IMG/VR virus record: IMGVR_UViG_3300020048_000030
Source: an uncultured virus (IMG/VR IMGVR_UViG_3300020048_000030)
Lineage: Duplodnaviria > Heunggongvirae > Uroviricota > Caudoviricetes
Direction: 5' to 3' (one strand)
Length of the DNA: 64,000 nucleotides
The notes below the pieces were generated by a model. It made no database searches. It had not been told where the DNA came from and saw nothing but the letters and a program-made list of their open reading frames with translations. Positions 19,456 to 28,920 of this stretch are shown here, one piece after another. Numbering within the stretch: position 1 is the first letter of the stretch; every line of letters starts with the position of its first letter. A program made the translations under genes and the position numbers.

Positions 19456-19920
19456 TTATAAATTATGATATATTTTTTCTAATTCATTTAAATATCTACT
19501 TGGTAAATTTGTGATTTCTATGTCATTTTCTTCATTAATAAAATCTTTTAAAGAATCAATACATAATTTTATATCTTTTTTAAAAGAACGTTTATATTTA
19601 TCATTATATAATTGTTCTAATATTGCAATTAATATATTTTCATCTTCACCTACACCTAAATTATCTGCAAACATTTGTAATTCTTGTTTTGATAATTCTA
19701 AAAGTTCATGTATATCAATAAATGAATGATATACATTATCAGATATTTGTATCATTTCTTCATCCCAAATTTTAGCTAGTGCATCTTTTACTTTAAATAT
19801 TTTGAATATATTATTAATAATAGATTTTAAATCATTATTATTTTTATTACTAATATTTCTACTTTGAAAAGGATTAACCCTTTCTTGTATCAATTGTTTA
19901 AAATTTTTTAAATATTTCAT
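19456..19920 (-). CDS. hypothetical protein with capsid-targeting-like N-terminus
   Basis: MKYLKNFKQLIQE; TAATATATA upstream. Confidence 0.65.
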   Translation of the reverse strand: MKYLKNFKQLIQERVNPFQSRNISNKNNNDLKSIINNIFKIFKVKDALAKIWDEEMIQISDNVYHSFIDIHELLELSKQELQMFADNLGVGEDENILIAILEQLYNDKYKRSFKKDIKLCIDSLKDFINEENDIEITNLPSRYLNELEKIYHNL

Positions 19921-19952
19921 TATATAATAAGTTTTTTATTATATATTAAAAT

Positions 19953-19982
19953 AAAAAAGGGAATATTAAATATTCCCTTTTT
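19953..19982 (-). terminator. intrinsic terminator
   Basis: AAAAAAGGGAATATT/AATATTCCCTTTTTT hairpin. Confidence 0.75.
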
Positions 19983-19985
19983 TAT

Positions 19986-21119
19986 TTATTTTATTTCAAA
20001 ATAATTTCGTAATTTTTTAAGACCTTCTTCTTCACTCATATTGAGTATTCTTCTATTACCTTCTAATTTTACAATTTCTAAATAGTAAATAATTTTAATG
20101 AACTTATCTAATGTACTTTTATCTATTTTAGAACCACCAACATCTGACAATTCTATAATTGTATTTGTACTTGGTATTTGAGATCCAATTTCATTAGTTT
20201 TAGAATATATCAACTTTAAAAGGAAATTAAATTTATACCACTTTTTAAAACCAGGTGAATCTATGATTGTTTTTTCATATTCTTCAATAATTTTATAGTC
20301 ATAATATTTATCATAATAAATACCTAGTATAATAATAAGTTCTATTAAAGATGATATAATAATAAATGCAATTATATTAGATTTATTAGTTGATAATGTT
20401 TCTGATAATTTAGTTGATTGTGTATCAGAAATTAATTTTACTTCTTTATCCCTTCTTTCTTCATATTGAACAATTTGATTTTTATTAGATTCAATCTTTT
20501 TATTATTTGCATCTATTTGACTAAGGAATTTAGTTTTTAATGTTGTTTGTGATGCTTGTTTTGAATAATCAGTATTCTGATCAGTTAATATTTTATTATC
20601 ATCCATTAATGGTTTAATATAATTAACAAAATAAAAATTATTTAAAGAGTCTGTTTTTGAATTAATATTAACTTCTGTTTGTGTTTTAAATACTTGTTTA
20701 TTATCAACAAATCTTTTAGCACCATTTAAACTTAAATAAAATGATCCACCTATTAAAAATACTACACCTAGTATAAAGGAAATCATATTAGATTTAAATA
20801 TATTAAATTTATTTTTAATTGTCTCTACACTAAACATACCAAACACATATCTTTTTAACAATTCAAACATTGTCAAAAAGAATATAATACCAAATGAAAC
20901 AAATATACTATCTTTAACTTCCATAAATGAACTTAAAAATAATGCTTGCATAAAGAAAAATGCCAAGAAAATAGATACACCATTACCAAACCAAGAAAAC
21001 CAATATAAAAATTTATCAACCCACTTAAATCTTTCAGTGTAACTCTTACTTAATGTTTCATTTTTTAATTTAAGATATGTCTCAAATTGAATTTTTGATT
21101 TATTTATATTATCAAACAT
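19986..21119 (-). CDS. multi-pass membrane protein with coiled coil
   Basis: Three N-terminal and one later hydrophobic helices around a coiled-coil segment. Confidence 0.7.
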   Translation of the reverse strand: MFDNINKSKIQFETYLKLKNETLSKSYTERFKWVDKFLYWFSWFGNGVSIFLAFFFMQALFLSSFMEVKDSIFVSFGIIFFLTMFELLKRYVFGMFSVETIKNKFNIFKSNMISFILGVVFLIGGSFYLSLNGAKRFVDNKQVFKTQTEVNINSKTDSLNNFYFVNYIKPLMDDNKILTDQNTDYSKQASQTTLKTKFLSQIDANNKKIESNKNQIVQYEERRDKEVKLISDTQSTKLSETLSTNKSNIIAFIIISSLIELIIILGIYYDKYYDYKIIEEYEKTIIDSPGFKKWYKFNFLLKLIYSKTNEIGSQIPSTNTIIELSDVGGSKIDKSTLDKFIKIIYYLEIVKLEGNRRILNMSEEEGLKKLRNYFEIK

Positions 21120-21124
21120 ATTTT

Positions 21125-21544
21125 TTATTTTTTATTTTTAATGTATTCATCTATATATCCTAAAAATAATATAAGTTCTTTGTGATTTGTTAGTCCACTA
21201 TATACTATTATATCAATTAACATATATCCATCCGAATCTAAACAATCTTTATTTGTCACATTATATTCTAAATATAAAATATTATTAATTTTGAAATGAT
21301 ATTTTATATTATCTTTTATTACCAATACATTTTTATTAATACTACCATCAATTTCTTTTTTATATTCATAATGTGATTCTTTTTCAAAATTAATCATATC
21401 CATTTTATATTTAAAAATAATATGTGAAATAAATTCTTCTTCTTCTATATCCATATTATTCAAATCTAAATAACCAGAACATGGTATATTTGTTAAATTA
21501 TTAACATAATCATAAAATACATTATTCATACTAATCTTTGTCAT
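21125..21544 (-). CDS. hypothetical protein
   Basis: ORF track. Confidence 0.6.
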   Translation of the reverse strand: MTKISMNNVFYDYVNNLTNIPCSGYLDLNNMDIEEEEFISHIIFKYKMDMINFEKESHYEYKKEIDGSINKNVLVIKDNIKYHFKINNILYLEYNVTNKDCLDSDGYMLIDIIVYSGLTNHKELILFLGYIDEYIKNKK

Positions 21545-21725
21545 TTAAATTAAGACCCTGGACATAAACAGCCTTTTTCTTCATTTCTCTACTTACAATT
21601 GATGGTTTTAAAAATAATTGTCTTGCCCTTAATTCCTTCATTACTTTAGTTTTTTCAAACTTTTTCTTGTACCTTTTTAACATTCTTTCAATGTTTTCAC
21701 CTTTTTCTTGTCTAATAATTAACAT
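21531..21725 (-). CDS. rpsU: 30S ribosomal protein bS21 (Bacteroidota type)
   Basis: MLII...GENIERMLKRYKKK...ELRARQ.F.KPS...KAVY; Tyr at position 54. Confidence 0.93.
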   Translation of the reverse strand: MLIIRQEKGENIERMLKRYKKKFEKTKVMKELRARQLFLKPSIVSREMKKKAVYVQGLNLNDKD

Positions 21726-21732
21726 ATTTTTT

Positions 21733-21739
21733 CTCCTTA
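21733..21739 (-). promoter_or_regulatory. Shine-Dalgarno of the bS21 gene (TAAGGAG, 7 nt spacing)
   Basis: Minus strand reads ATAAGGAGAAAAAATATG. Confidence 0.75.
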
Positions 21740-21757
21740 TAATTTATTTTTATTTAT

Positions 21758-21766
21758 TATATATTA
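21758..21766 (-). promoter_or_regulatory. putative phage late promoter TAATATATA (also + 3976, 33442, 37998, 55742; - 19940, 33428, 44769, 55700; TTATATATA variants elsewhere)
   Basis: Recurs about 20-45 nt upstream of structural, CTS-tagged and endonuclease genes; analogous to the T4 late TATAAATA. Confidence 0.6.
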
Positions 21767-21851
21767 AATAAATATAAATGTTTAAAATAAATACCTTTTT
21801 AAAAATGATTTATTTATATATAAATAATAAAAAAGAATATAAAGTTTAGAT

Positions 21852-22463
21852 ATGACACAAATTAAAAAATTTTATCAATTCATCAATGAAAAGAAGAGTA
21901 TTAAGGATATTAAAATTTCAATAGAAGAATTGTTGGATGTTATTGATGACAATGAATTAAATTTATTAACAACATTTAACCTTGATGGTGAAACAGTTAC
22001 AGAAAAAGATAATATAAGTAAATTATATTCTGATACACAATTTAATAAAAATTTACATAAAAAGAAATTAAAAAAGGGAAAATTAGAAGATACTAAAGAC
22101 AGTGAAACTTTATTAGATGAAAATTATATATTAAGATTTTTCTTTGTTTATGAAAGAGATGCAGTTGAAATAGAAGAACCTAAATATATTGTAGTTCAAT
22201 ATTATAATAAATCAGAAAATATAGTAAGTGATATAACTTTATATGAAAATGAAGATTCTATTAATAAATTTTATGAAATATTGACTGATACTACAATAGA
22301 TATTAGAAAAGGGAAAAAAGATTTTATTTATCAAACTAGTAATTCTGGAAACAACTGGGAATTAAAAAATCCTAAACAAGTTAAAGGTAAATTTAAAGAT
22401 GAATTAGATTATGAAGAAATAGATGATTTATTAAAAAATAAAAAAGTTAAATTAAATAAATAA
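21852..22463 (+). CDS. hypothetical protein with capsid-targeting-like N-terminus
   Basis: MTQIKKFYQFINE. Confidence 0.7.
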   Translation: MTQIKKFYQFINEKKSIKDIKISIEELLDVIDDNELNLLTTFNLDGETVTEKDNISKLYSDTQFNKNLHKKKLKKGKLEDTKDSETLLDENYILRFFFVYERDAVEIEEPKYIVVQYYNKSENIVSDITLYENEDSINKFYEILTDTTIDIRKGKKDFIYQTSNSGNNWELKNPKQVKGKFKDELDYEEIDDLLKNKKVKLNK

Positions 22464-22465
22464 TT

Positions 22466-24451
22466 ATGACACCTATAAATGAACATAATATTATAGAAAT
22501 TGGAATATTATCTAATAAATTAATTAACCAATCTAAAAAATTAAATAAAACATTTAAATCTTTTTTATTAGAAAAAAATAATACCATAGATACTGCAAAT
22601 GAAATTTTTATAATTATTCATTCAAAAGATGAATTAGAAAAACTCAAAAAAATAGTAGAAGAATTAAATTATTATTGGGCAGAAGTATTAGATGAATCAT
22701 ATATTATTGATAGATTACCCCTTTATATTTTTTTTAGATTAGATAATAAACATATTACTTGGTTGTCACAAGACCAATTAAACAATAAAAATATATTAGA
22801 CATAATAGATAATGATTCATCATTTAATGGAGTATATAAAAAAATATATAAATTTGATGATATTAATAATTTTAAAATTATTTTAAAAACAGGAAAAATA
22901 ATACCTGAAATACCAACTTATAAACCTAAGAAATTTAATAGAACTTATGAACATATACAAAATTATCCATATAGATTTAAAACAGAAGAAGAATTTATAA
23001 AAGAATATGGTAGAGATTGGAGACATATGTTAATAGGTAATACTTTTACTTATGAAATGAATTATTTACTAGGAAAACCATTTCCATATGAATATAATAG
23101 TATTGATTATGGTAGTGGTACTAGATTTTATTTTGATGATCCAAGCAGACCAAATGATTATGATGATAAACATTGGTATATAGTTAAAGATATGTTAACT
23201 AAAAACGAACCAACTAAACCAAATTATAAACCTAAAAAATTTAATAGGTCTTATGAATCTATTGATAATAATTCTGTTCCTTACATATCACCAATTTTAA
23301 GTGTTGAAAAACAAAATGAAATATTTAAAATTGGAACAGAAGTAATAGTTAGACCTGATGCATTTGATTATTTTTCTGATGTTGATCATAATGATATGAG
23401 TGAGTATTTAGGTAAAAAGGCAAAAATAATAGAAATATCCACATTAGAAAAAATGTATTCTATAAATTATCATGAGGTAATTGATAACACTGATAATATA
23501 AACAAAGATGACTTATTAATAACCTTAGAAGATATAACAGGACATGGTACATATTTTTGGTATTATAGATGTTTACATGTTCCAATAATTATACCAAATT
23601 ATAAATCTAAAAAATTTAATAGAAGTTTAAATGAATCAAAAGTTGAAAATTTATATAATTCTAATTATTTTAAAACACATGATGTTTTAGTTATAACATT
23701 TATGAAAAATCAATTTATAGAAGTAAGAAATATTTTTAATGAAGTATTTAATATTAATATAAGATTGGATTTATTAGAAGAATTAAATGAAAGACAAGTA
23801 GAAGAATTTTTTATAATAATTGAAAAGAAGAAATATTCAAGTGCTTTTAATTGGGGGTGGGCTGTTATTGATTATTTAAAAACATTTATTGAAAATAATG
23901 ATGAAAAAATAATTAAAATTGTTAATTTTAATGATATTAGTAATAAATATAATTTAGAATATTTATTAAATAGTGGTGGTATTCCACCTAATTATAAACC
24001 AAAGAAATTTAACAAAAGTTTAAATGAATCAGTTGAAGAAATAAAAAATTATAACTTTTTTCAAAAATATCATTGGTTAGTAATAATTTTTGACCAAGAT
24101 ATTCCAAAAGATGAATTTGAAAGTATTAGAATACTATTAAATAATACATTTAGTAATGAGAATAATTATCTAAGAACATTATTAAATAGTGATTTGTATT
24201 ATGCCATTCATGATCAGTGTCATGAAGATAAATTTTTTATTGCTATTGAATATGTTCAACAAGAAAAAAGATTTGAAATGGGATTTTGTTATCTATCATA
24301 TTTAAATAAACATATATCACAAAAAAACTTACCATATAAAACTTTTAATAGTGATGATGTTAATAACAAAGAAAAGATAGAATCCATATTAAAATATGGT
24401 GATATTAAACCAAGTTATAAACCAAGAAAAATAAATAGATTTAACCTGTAA
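22466..24451 (+). CDS. modular polyprotein-like protein with five PxYKPKKFNR linkers
   Basis: Linkers at about 22913, 23219, 23594, 23987 and 24410. Confidence 0.75.
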   Translation: MTPINEHNIIEIGILSNKLINQSKKLNKTFKSFLLEKNNTIDTANEIFIIIHSKDELEKLKKIVEELNYYWAEVLDESYIIDRLPLYIFFRLDNKHITWLSQDQLNNKNILDIIDNDSSFNGVYKKIYKFDDINNFKIILKTGKIIPEIPTYKPKKFNRTYEHIQNYPYRFKTEEEFIKEYGRDWRHMLIGNTFTYEMNYLLGKPFPYEYNSIDYGSGTRFYFDDPSRPNDYDDKHWYIVKDMLTKNEPTKPNYKPKKFNRSYESIDNNSVPYISPILSVEKQNEIFKIGTEVIVRPDAFDYFSDVDHNDMSEYLGKKAKIIEISTLEKMYSINYHEVIDNTDNINKDDLLITLEDITGHGTYFWYYRCLHVPIIIPNYKSKKFNRSLNESKVENLYNSNYFKTHDVLVITFMKNQFIEVRNIFNEVFNINIRLDLLEELNERQVEEFFIIIEKKKYSSAFNWGWAVIDYLKTFIENNDEKIIKIVNFNDISNKYNLEYLLNSGGIPPNYKPKKFNKSLNESVEEIKNYNFFQKYHWLVIIFDQDIPKDEFESIRILLNNTFSNENNYLRTLLNSDLYYAIHDQCHEDKFFIAIEYVQQEKRFEMGFCYLSYLNKHISQKNLPYKTFNSDDVNNKEKIESILKYGDIKPSYKPRKINRFNL

Positions 24452-25379
24452 TATCTTTCATTTCTCTTTTAGTATCTCTCTCGCGTATGTAATTTATTAC
24501 TCTATATACTAAACCATGACTAAAATTTGTTTTTTTAATTATATCTTTTACTGATTCATTATTATTTAATAAATTTTCTATGATTAGATATCTATCTTCT
24601 TTATAGAGTGTATTAATATTTACCCTATCCCATTTTCTTTTCATTATTGGAAGATTTAATAATAAACATTTATTCTTAATAGATTTTATCATTTTAGGAC
24701 TAGTAATAAAAAACATAGAACAATTATCAGATGTTTTATTAAAAATTTTAATATTATTTGTTAAAATATAATAGAAATATTCTAATATTTCTTTCCAAGA
24801 TAAATCACATTTTACTGTCATCAACTTACCATTTTTTGATATACTACCATCACCATCAATAAATCCAATAATAAGACTAAATAATTGGTCATGTGATAAT
24901 TTTGGTATAGTGGGTGGGTTTTTAGTTTTATTTGTTTTCCAATCAAATAATAACGATAATTTAGTAATTGTTTCTTTATCACTTATTGTATATCTAATAA
25001 CATTAGGATTATCATTATAAAATGGTCTTAATTTAATATTAATATGATTTTGAATATTTTCAAAAAAGTATCTATCTTTTATATTAATATTTACTTGTAT
25101 ATTTTTAATTTCTGATATATGTCCATCTGCTAATAAAAACCCTATCCAATAACATGTTATATTATCATTTAAATCTAATAGTTTTATTAAAGTTTTATTG
25201 GTTTTACTATCATTAAAATCTCTTTTTAACCCAAATAGACAAGCCATTTTACTAATATAATTATATGACAAATTTAATTCATCCATCATATCTTTCTTTG
25301 GTTTTGATGGATAATTTTCAATCAAATAATTTTTTATAAAAATACTTCTTTCTGTGTTTAGGTTTTTATTTAATATCAT
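24441..25379 (-). CDS. LAGLIDADG homing endonuclease (two motifs)
   Basis: YWIGFLLADGHI and LIIGFIDGDGSI; C-terminal HTH-like segment. Confidence 0.88.
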   Translation of the reverse strand: MILNKNLNTERSIFIKNYLIENYPSKPKKDMMDELNLSYNYISKMACLFGLKRDFNDSKTNKTLIKLLDLNDNITCYWIGFLLADGHISEIKNIQVNINIKDRYFFENIQNHINIKLRPFYNDNPNVIRYTISDKETITKLSLLFDWKTNKTKNPPTIPKLSHDQLFSLIIGFIDGDGSISKNGKLMTVKCDLSWKEILEYFYYILTNNIKIFNKTSDNCSMFFITSPKMIKSIKNKCLLLNLPIMKRKWDRVNINTLYKEDRYLIIENLLNNNESVKDIIKKTNFSHGLVYRVINYIRERDTKREMKDITG

Positions 25380-25399
25380 AATACATAAGATTTTTTACC

Positions 25400-25864
25400 T
25401 TATATATTAATATTAAAATCTCGTTTTATTTTTAATTTTTCATCTCGTTCATATAGTAGATTTCTTTTATCGACATTTTTCCTTCCTTTAGCTAAACCAA
25501 TTTCTATCTTATAAATTCCATTTTCATTAGGGTATAATTTAATTGGAACTATGGTTAAACCCTTTTCATCAAGTTTTATTTTAAGTTTGTTTAATTGCTT
25601 CCTATGAAGTAATAACTTCCTATCTCTTTTAGGGTCATGATTAAGATAACTACCTTCATCATAAATAGCAATATCAATTCCTCTTATAAATAATTCATTA
25701 TCTTGAAATATACAAAAACTACCATTAATATTAACTTTACTATTTCTTATTGATTTTATTTCAGTTCCGGTTAATACAACACCTGCTTCTATTTTATCAA
25801 AAATTTCATAATCAAAAAACACTCTTTTATTTTTGAATGTCCCGCCTTCTAATTTCTTTTTCAT
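25400..25864 (-). CDS. smpB: SsrA-binding protein SmpB
   Basis: NKRVFFDY, EAGVVLTGTEIKSIR, NHDPKRDRKLLLH, GLTIVP, IGLAKG...DKR. Confidence 0.95.
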   Translation of the reverse strand: MKKKLEGGTFKNKRVFFDYEIFDKIEAGVVLTGTEIKSIRNSKVNINGSFCIFQDNELFIRGIDIAIYDEGSYLNHDPKRDRKLLLHRKQLNKLKIKLDEKGLTIVPIKLYPNENGIYKIEIGLAKGRKNVDKRNLLYERDEKLKIKRDFNINI

Positions 25865-25945
25865 AATTTTTATTTTAATTTACAAATATAACTATTTATT
25901 TATTATTTTCCAATTTTTATATATAATAAAAAATATAGTTATTAT

Positions 25946-26683
25946 ATGATGAAAAAGTTAAATAGTTATAAAAATTTTGTAAATGAAAATCAAAACCCAC
26001 CTTTACAATTAAGTAAATTTGCTAATATGATTGATTTTACTTATATTAGAGAAGATGGTAAAAAAGAAAATCTTAATGAAATAATTGAACTTGCCAAAAC
26101 TAATAATTTTTATGGAATTGTAGTAAATCCTGAATTTACTGATTATGTTGCATATAACTTAGATGAAGAAGATACAAATATTAAAGCAATAACAACATTA
26201 GATTATCCTAATGGTGATTCAAAGGATGTAGAAAAAACAAGTATGGCAATTGAAGCAATTTCTGATGGTACTGATGAAATAAATATGGTTATGTATTATA
26301 AAGGTGTTAAAGATGCATATGTAGAAGAAGACGAAGAAACAAGAAAAAGTATGTTAGACAGTGTTGAAAATGATATTAGAAATATTGCAAATGAATGTCA
26401 TAAAAATGGAATAATCTTAAAAGTGATAGTAGAAAGTGGTGAATTAACATTAGAAGAATTAGTAATTGCATGTCAAATTGCAGTTAAAGGTGGTGCAGAT
26501 TATATTCAAACATCTACTGGAACTAAACAAATGGGAGCCGAATTAAATAAAGTGAAAGAAATTAGAAGAGTGATTCCTGATTATGTAAAAATTTGTGTAG
26601 CAGGTGGAATAAGAACATTAGACCAAATGAATCAATATTATCCTTATGTAGATAGATTTGCTACAAGTATAATACCAAAATAA
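25946..26683 (+). CDS. deoC: deoxyribose-phosphate aldolase with capsid-targeting-like N-terminus
   Basis: IDFT, DYPNG, GTDEINMV, LKVIVESGEL, GADYIQTSTG, AGGIRT; the usual KTSTG Schiff-base Lys appears as Q. Confidence 0.82.
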   Translation: MMKKLNSYKNFVNENQNPPLQLSKFANMIDFTYIREDGKKENLNEIIELAKTNNFYGIVVNPEFTDYVAYNLDEEDTNIKAITTLDYPNGDSKDVEKTSMAIEAISDGTDEINMVMYYKGVKDAYVEEDEETRKSMLDSVENDIRNIANECHKNGIILKVIVESGELTLEELVIACQIAVKGGADYIQTSTGTKQMGAELNKVKEIRRVIPDYVKICVAGGIRTLDQMNQYYPYVDRFATSIIPK

Positions 26684-26694
26684 TAAATGATGAA

Positions 26695-27162
26695 ATGAAA
26701 ATTAAAAAATTAAATGATGAAATGAAAGATGAAATTGATCTTCTTAAAAAAGAAGATTTAGATATTTATTCTAATGATGAAAAAATTAAAAAAGAAAGTT
26801 TTATATTCCTTATGAAGTTAATGGGATATAGAGATCAACTTAGGATGAATCATTGGCAAACATTTACCTACTCGGAACATAAAATGACTGATGAATTAAT
26901 GGAAGAAATTGAAGAAAAAGTTGATGAAATAGGTGAAACATTAATGGGTACATTTGGAAGACCATTAATAGAAGATTTTACAAATAAAATTTCTAACATT
27001 GATTCATATTGTACTAAAGATATTATTGATGAAATTGACCAAGAACTATGTGAATTAATAGATAATTATAAAAAGACTTCATATGAAGGAATTGTTTCAT
27101 TATTGGGTGATTTTAGTTCAGATATTAAAAAATTTAAATATTTATCCACATTTTTAAAATAA
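26695..27162 (+). CDS. ferritin/Dps-like protein (phage type)
   Basis: HWQTFTYSEHKMTD...VDEIGE...GR...KFKYL. Confidence 0.75.
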   Translation: MKIKKLNDEMKDEIDLLKKEDLDIYSNDEKIKKESFIFLMKLMGYRDQLRMNHWQTFTYSEHKMTDELMEEIEEKVDEIGETLMGTFGRPLIEDFTNKISNIDSYCTKDIIDEIDQELCELIDNYKKTSYEGIVSLLGDFSSDIKKFKYLSTFLK

Positions 27163-27172
27163 TTAATAAATT

Positions 27173-27424
27173 ATGAAAATAAAAAGATATAATGAAATCT
27201 TAAATGAATCAAAAAATAATTTTGATTTTATTAATGTAGCTGATTGGTTAGAATATATTACTGATTGGAGTTATGTTGAATATGAAGATCAAAGTAGAAT
27301 TAGATATGATTGGCCCGGTGATATGTATTCAATGTGGTTAAATGATGATGGTACAGTAGAAGGAAGAATACCAAAAGATATTAAAGAAGAACTCCTTAGT
27401 AAAGGTGTAACAATTATTAAATAA
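27173..27424 (+). CDS. hypothetical protein with capsid-targeting-like N-terminus
   Basis: MKIKRYNEILNES. Confidence 0.65.
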   Translation: MKIKRYNEILNESKNNFDFINVADWLEYITDWSYVEYEDQSRIRYDWPGDMYSMWLNDDGTVEGRIPKDIKEELLSKGVTIIK

Positions 27425-27427
27425 ACT

Positions 27428-28300
27428 ATGAAAGTATTGGTGATAGTAGACGTACAAAAAGAATTTGACAAATTTATACAAGGAGATTTAGTAGATTCTT
27501 TATATGAATATTGTGAAAATTTTAAAGAAGTTTATCAAATATGGGATACACATAAAACAAAAATTTCACCAACTTATAAATTTCCTAATCAAGTTGATTC
27601 AATAAAAAAATTATATGGTAAAAATCATTTTTCAAATAAAATTAAACAATTTATTAAAGAAGTAGAGGATGAAACACTAGAAGGAAATACATTTAAATTA
27701 TCTAATGATAATGGATATATTGTAAGAATTGATAATAACCACGATTGGTTTTTTGTAAATCCAGAAATTGTAGAACTAATTGGAAAATTAAAAGATAGAG
27801 AAGTTATATTAGTTGGAGGTGCATCAAATGAATGTCTTGAAGATGTATATCAAGCATTTAAAGCATTTGGATTAAATGTTAGAATTAATGAGAAATATGT
27901 TTATAGTGCACAAACAGACCAAAATGATTCTATTGAAGATATAAATGAAAATTATAATTCAAAAAAAATAAAAACATTTAACCAATTTTTACTAGAAGGT
28001 TATAAGTCTTGGCCTTATAGATTTAAGACTGAAGAAGAATTTATAAAAGAATTTGGTCAAAATTGGAGAGAATGTCATAAGATAAAATATCCGGGTGATA
28101 CTTATTTTACATTCACTGACCGTATGTATTTTTTATTAGGCAAAGAATTTAAATCAGAATTTCCAATTGGTGAAAATGAAACTATATTAAACACCAGTAT
28201 ATATGGTTATAATTCAGAGTTTTTTATATCACGTGCATTTTTAACAAAAAATAATAGTATACCAAATTATAAACCTAAAAAATTCAATAAAAATATATGA
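27428..28300 (+). CDS. isochorismatase/cysteine-hydrolase-like domain fused to a YRFKTEEEF module
   Basis: LVIVDVQ, VGGASNECL; C-terminal module shared with 22466..24451. Confidence 0.7.
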   Translation: MKVLVIVDVQKEFDKFIQGDLVDSLYEYCENFKEVYQIWDTHKTKISPTYKFPNQVDSIKKLYGKNHFSNKIKQFIKEVEDETLEGNTFKLSNDNGYIVRIDNNHDWFFVNPEIVELIGKLKDREVILVGGASNECLEDVYQAFKAFGLNVRINEKYVYSAQTDQNDSIEDINENYNSKKIKTFNQFLLEGYKSWPYRFKTEEEFIKEFGQNWRECHKIKYPGDTYFTFTDRMYFLLGKEFKSEFPIGENETILNTSIYGYNSEFFISRAFLTKNNSIPNYKPKKFNKNI

Positions 28301-28920
28301 AAAAAATATTAAAATCACTAAATATAACAAATAGAGATAATATTTCTAAAAGTGAAAGATTAATATATGTAATAATCTTTCTATGGGCATTATATGGTGT
28401 ATATGGTATTTATTATAATATTAATCTTAATCAATTGGCTGGTTATTATGCTGCATTAACATTATTTGTATCTACTTATCTATGGGGACAACATAAAAGA
28501 ACAGGTAATACTACTAAACTATTTAAAAGGGGACCCAATTCATCAAGAGAATTAATAATTTATATAACAATATTCCTTTGGTGTTTAACTGGTGCAGCTG
28601 GTATTTATTTGAATTATGATCTAAATTCATTGACAGTATATTTTAGTGCACTATCACCTTTTGTTATTTCTTATATTATTTATAAAACAACTAAAGGTAA
28701 TGATTTACCTATATTTGATGGAAAATCACAAGAATTAGTTGATAAAGCTAAAGGTGAAACTAATATGAAACCAAAATCAGTTGCAGCAACTGAAATAGGT
28801 AAAGCTGTTAAAGAATTAGATAATATTAAAAAAGATAAAGAATTAAATACAGAAGAACCATTAGATAATAAACCTATTATTACTGGTGTTATTGATGACA
28901 ATCAAGATGCAGAAGTTTAA
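28297..28920 (+). CDS. 4-TM membrane protein with internal duplication
   Basis: ERLIYVIIFLW / RELIIYITIFLW repeat; charged C-terminus. Confidence 0.65.
   Translation: MKKILKSLNITNRDNISKSERLIYVIIFLWALYGVYGIYYNINLNQLAGYYAALTLFVSTYLWGQHKRTGNTTKLFKRGPNSSRELIIYITIFLWCLTGAAGIYLNYDLNSLTVYFSALSPFVISYIIYKTTKGNDLPIFDGKSQELVDKAKGETNMKPKSVAATEIGKAVKELDNIKKDKELNTEEPLDNKPIITGVIDDNQDAEV

Noticed and set aside
25380..25945. tmRNA next to smpB
   Set aside because: The flanks are short AT-rich spacers or coding sequence, with no tRNA-Ala-like ends
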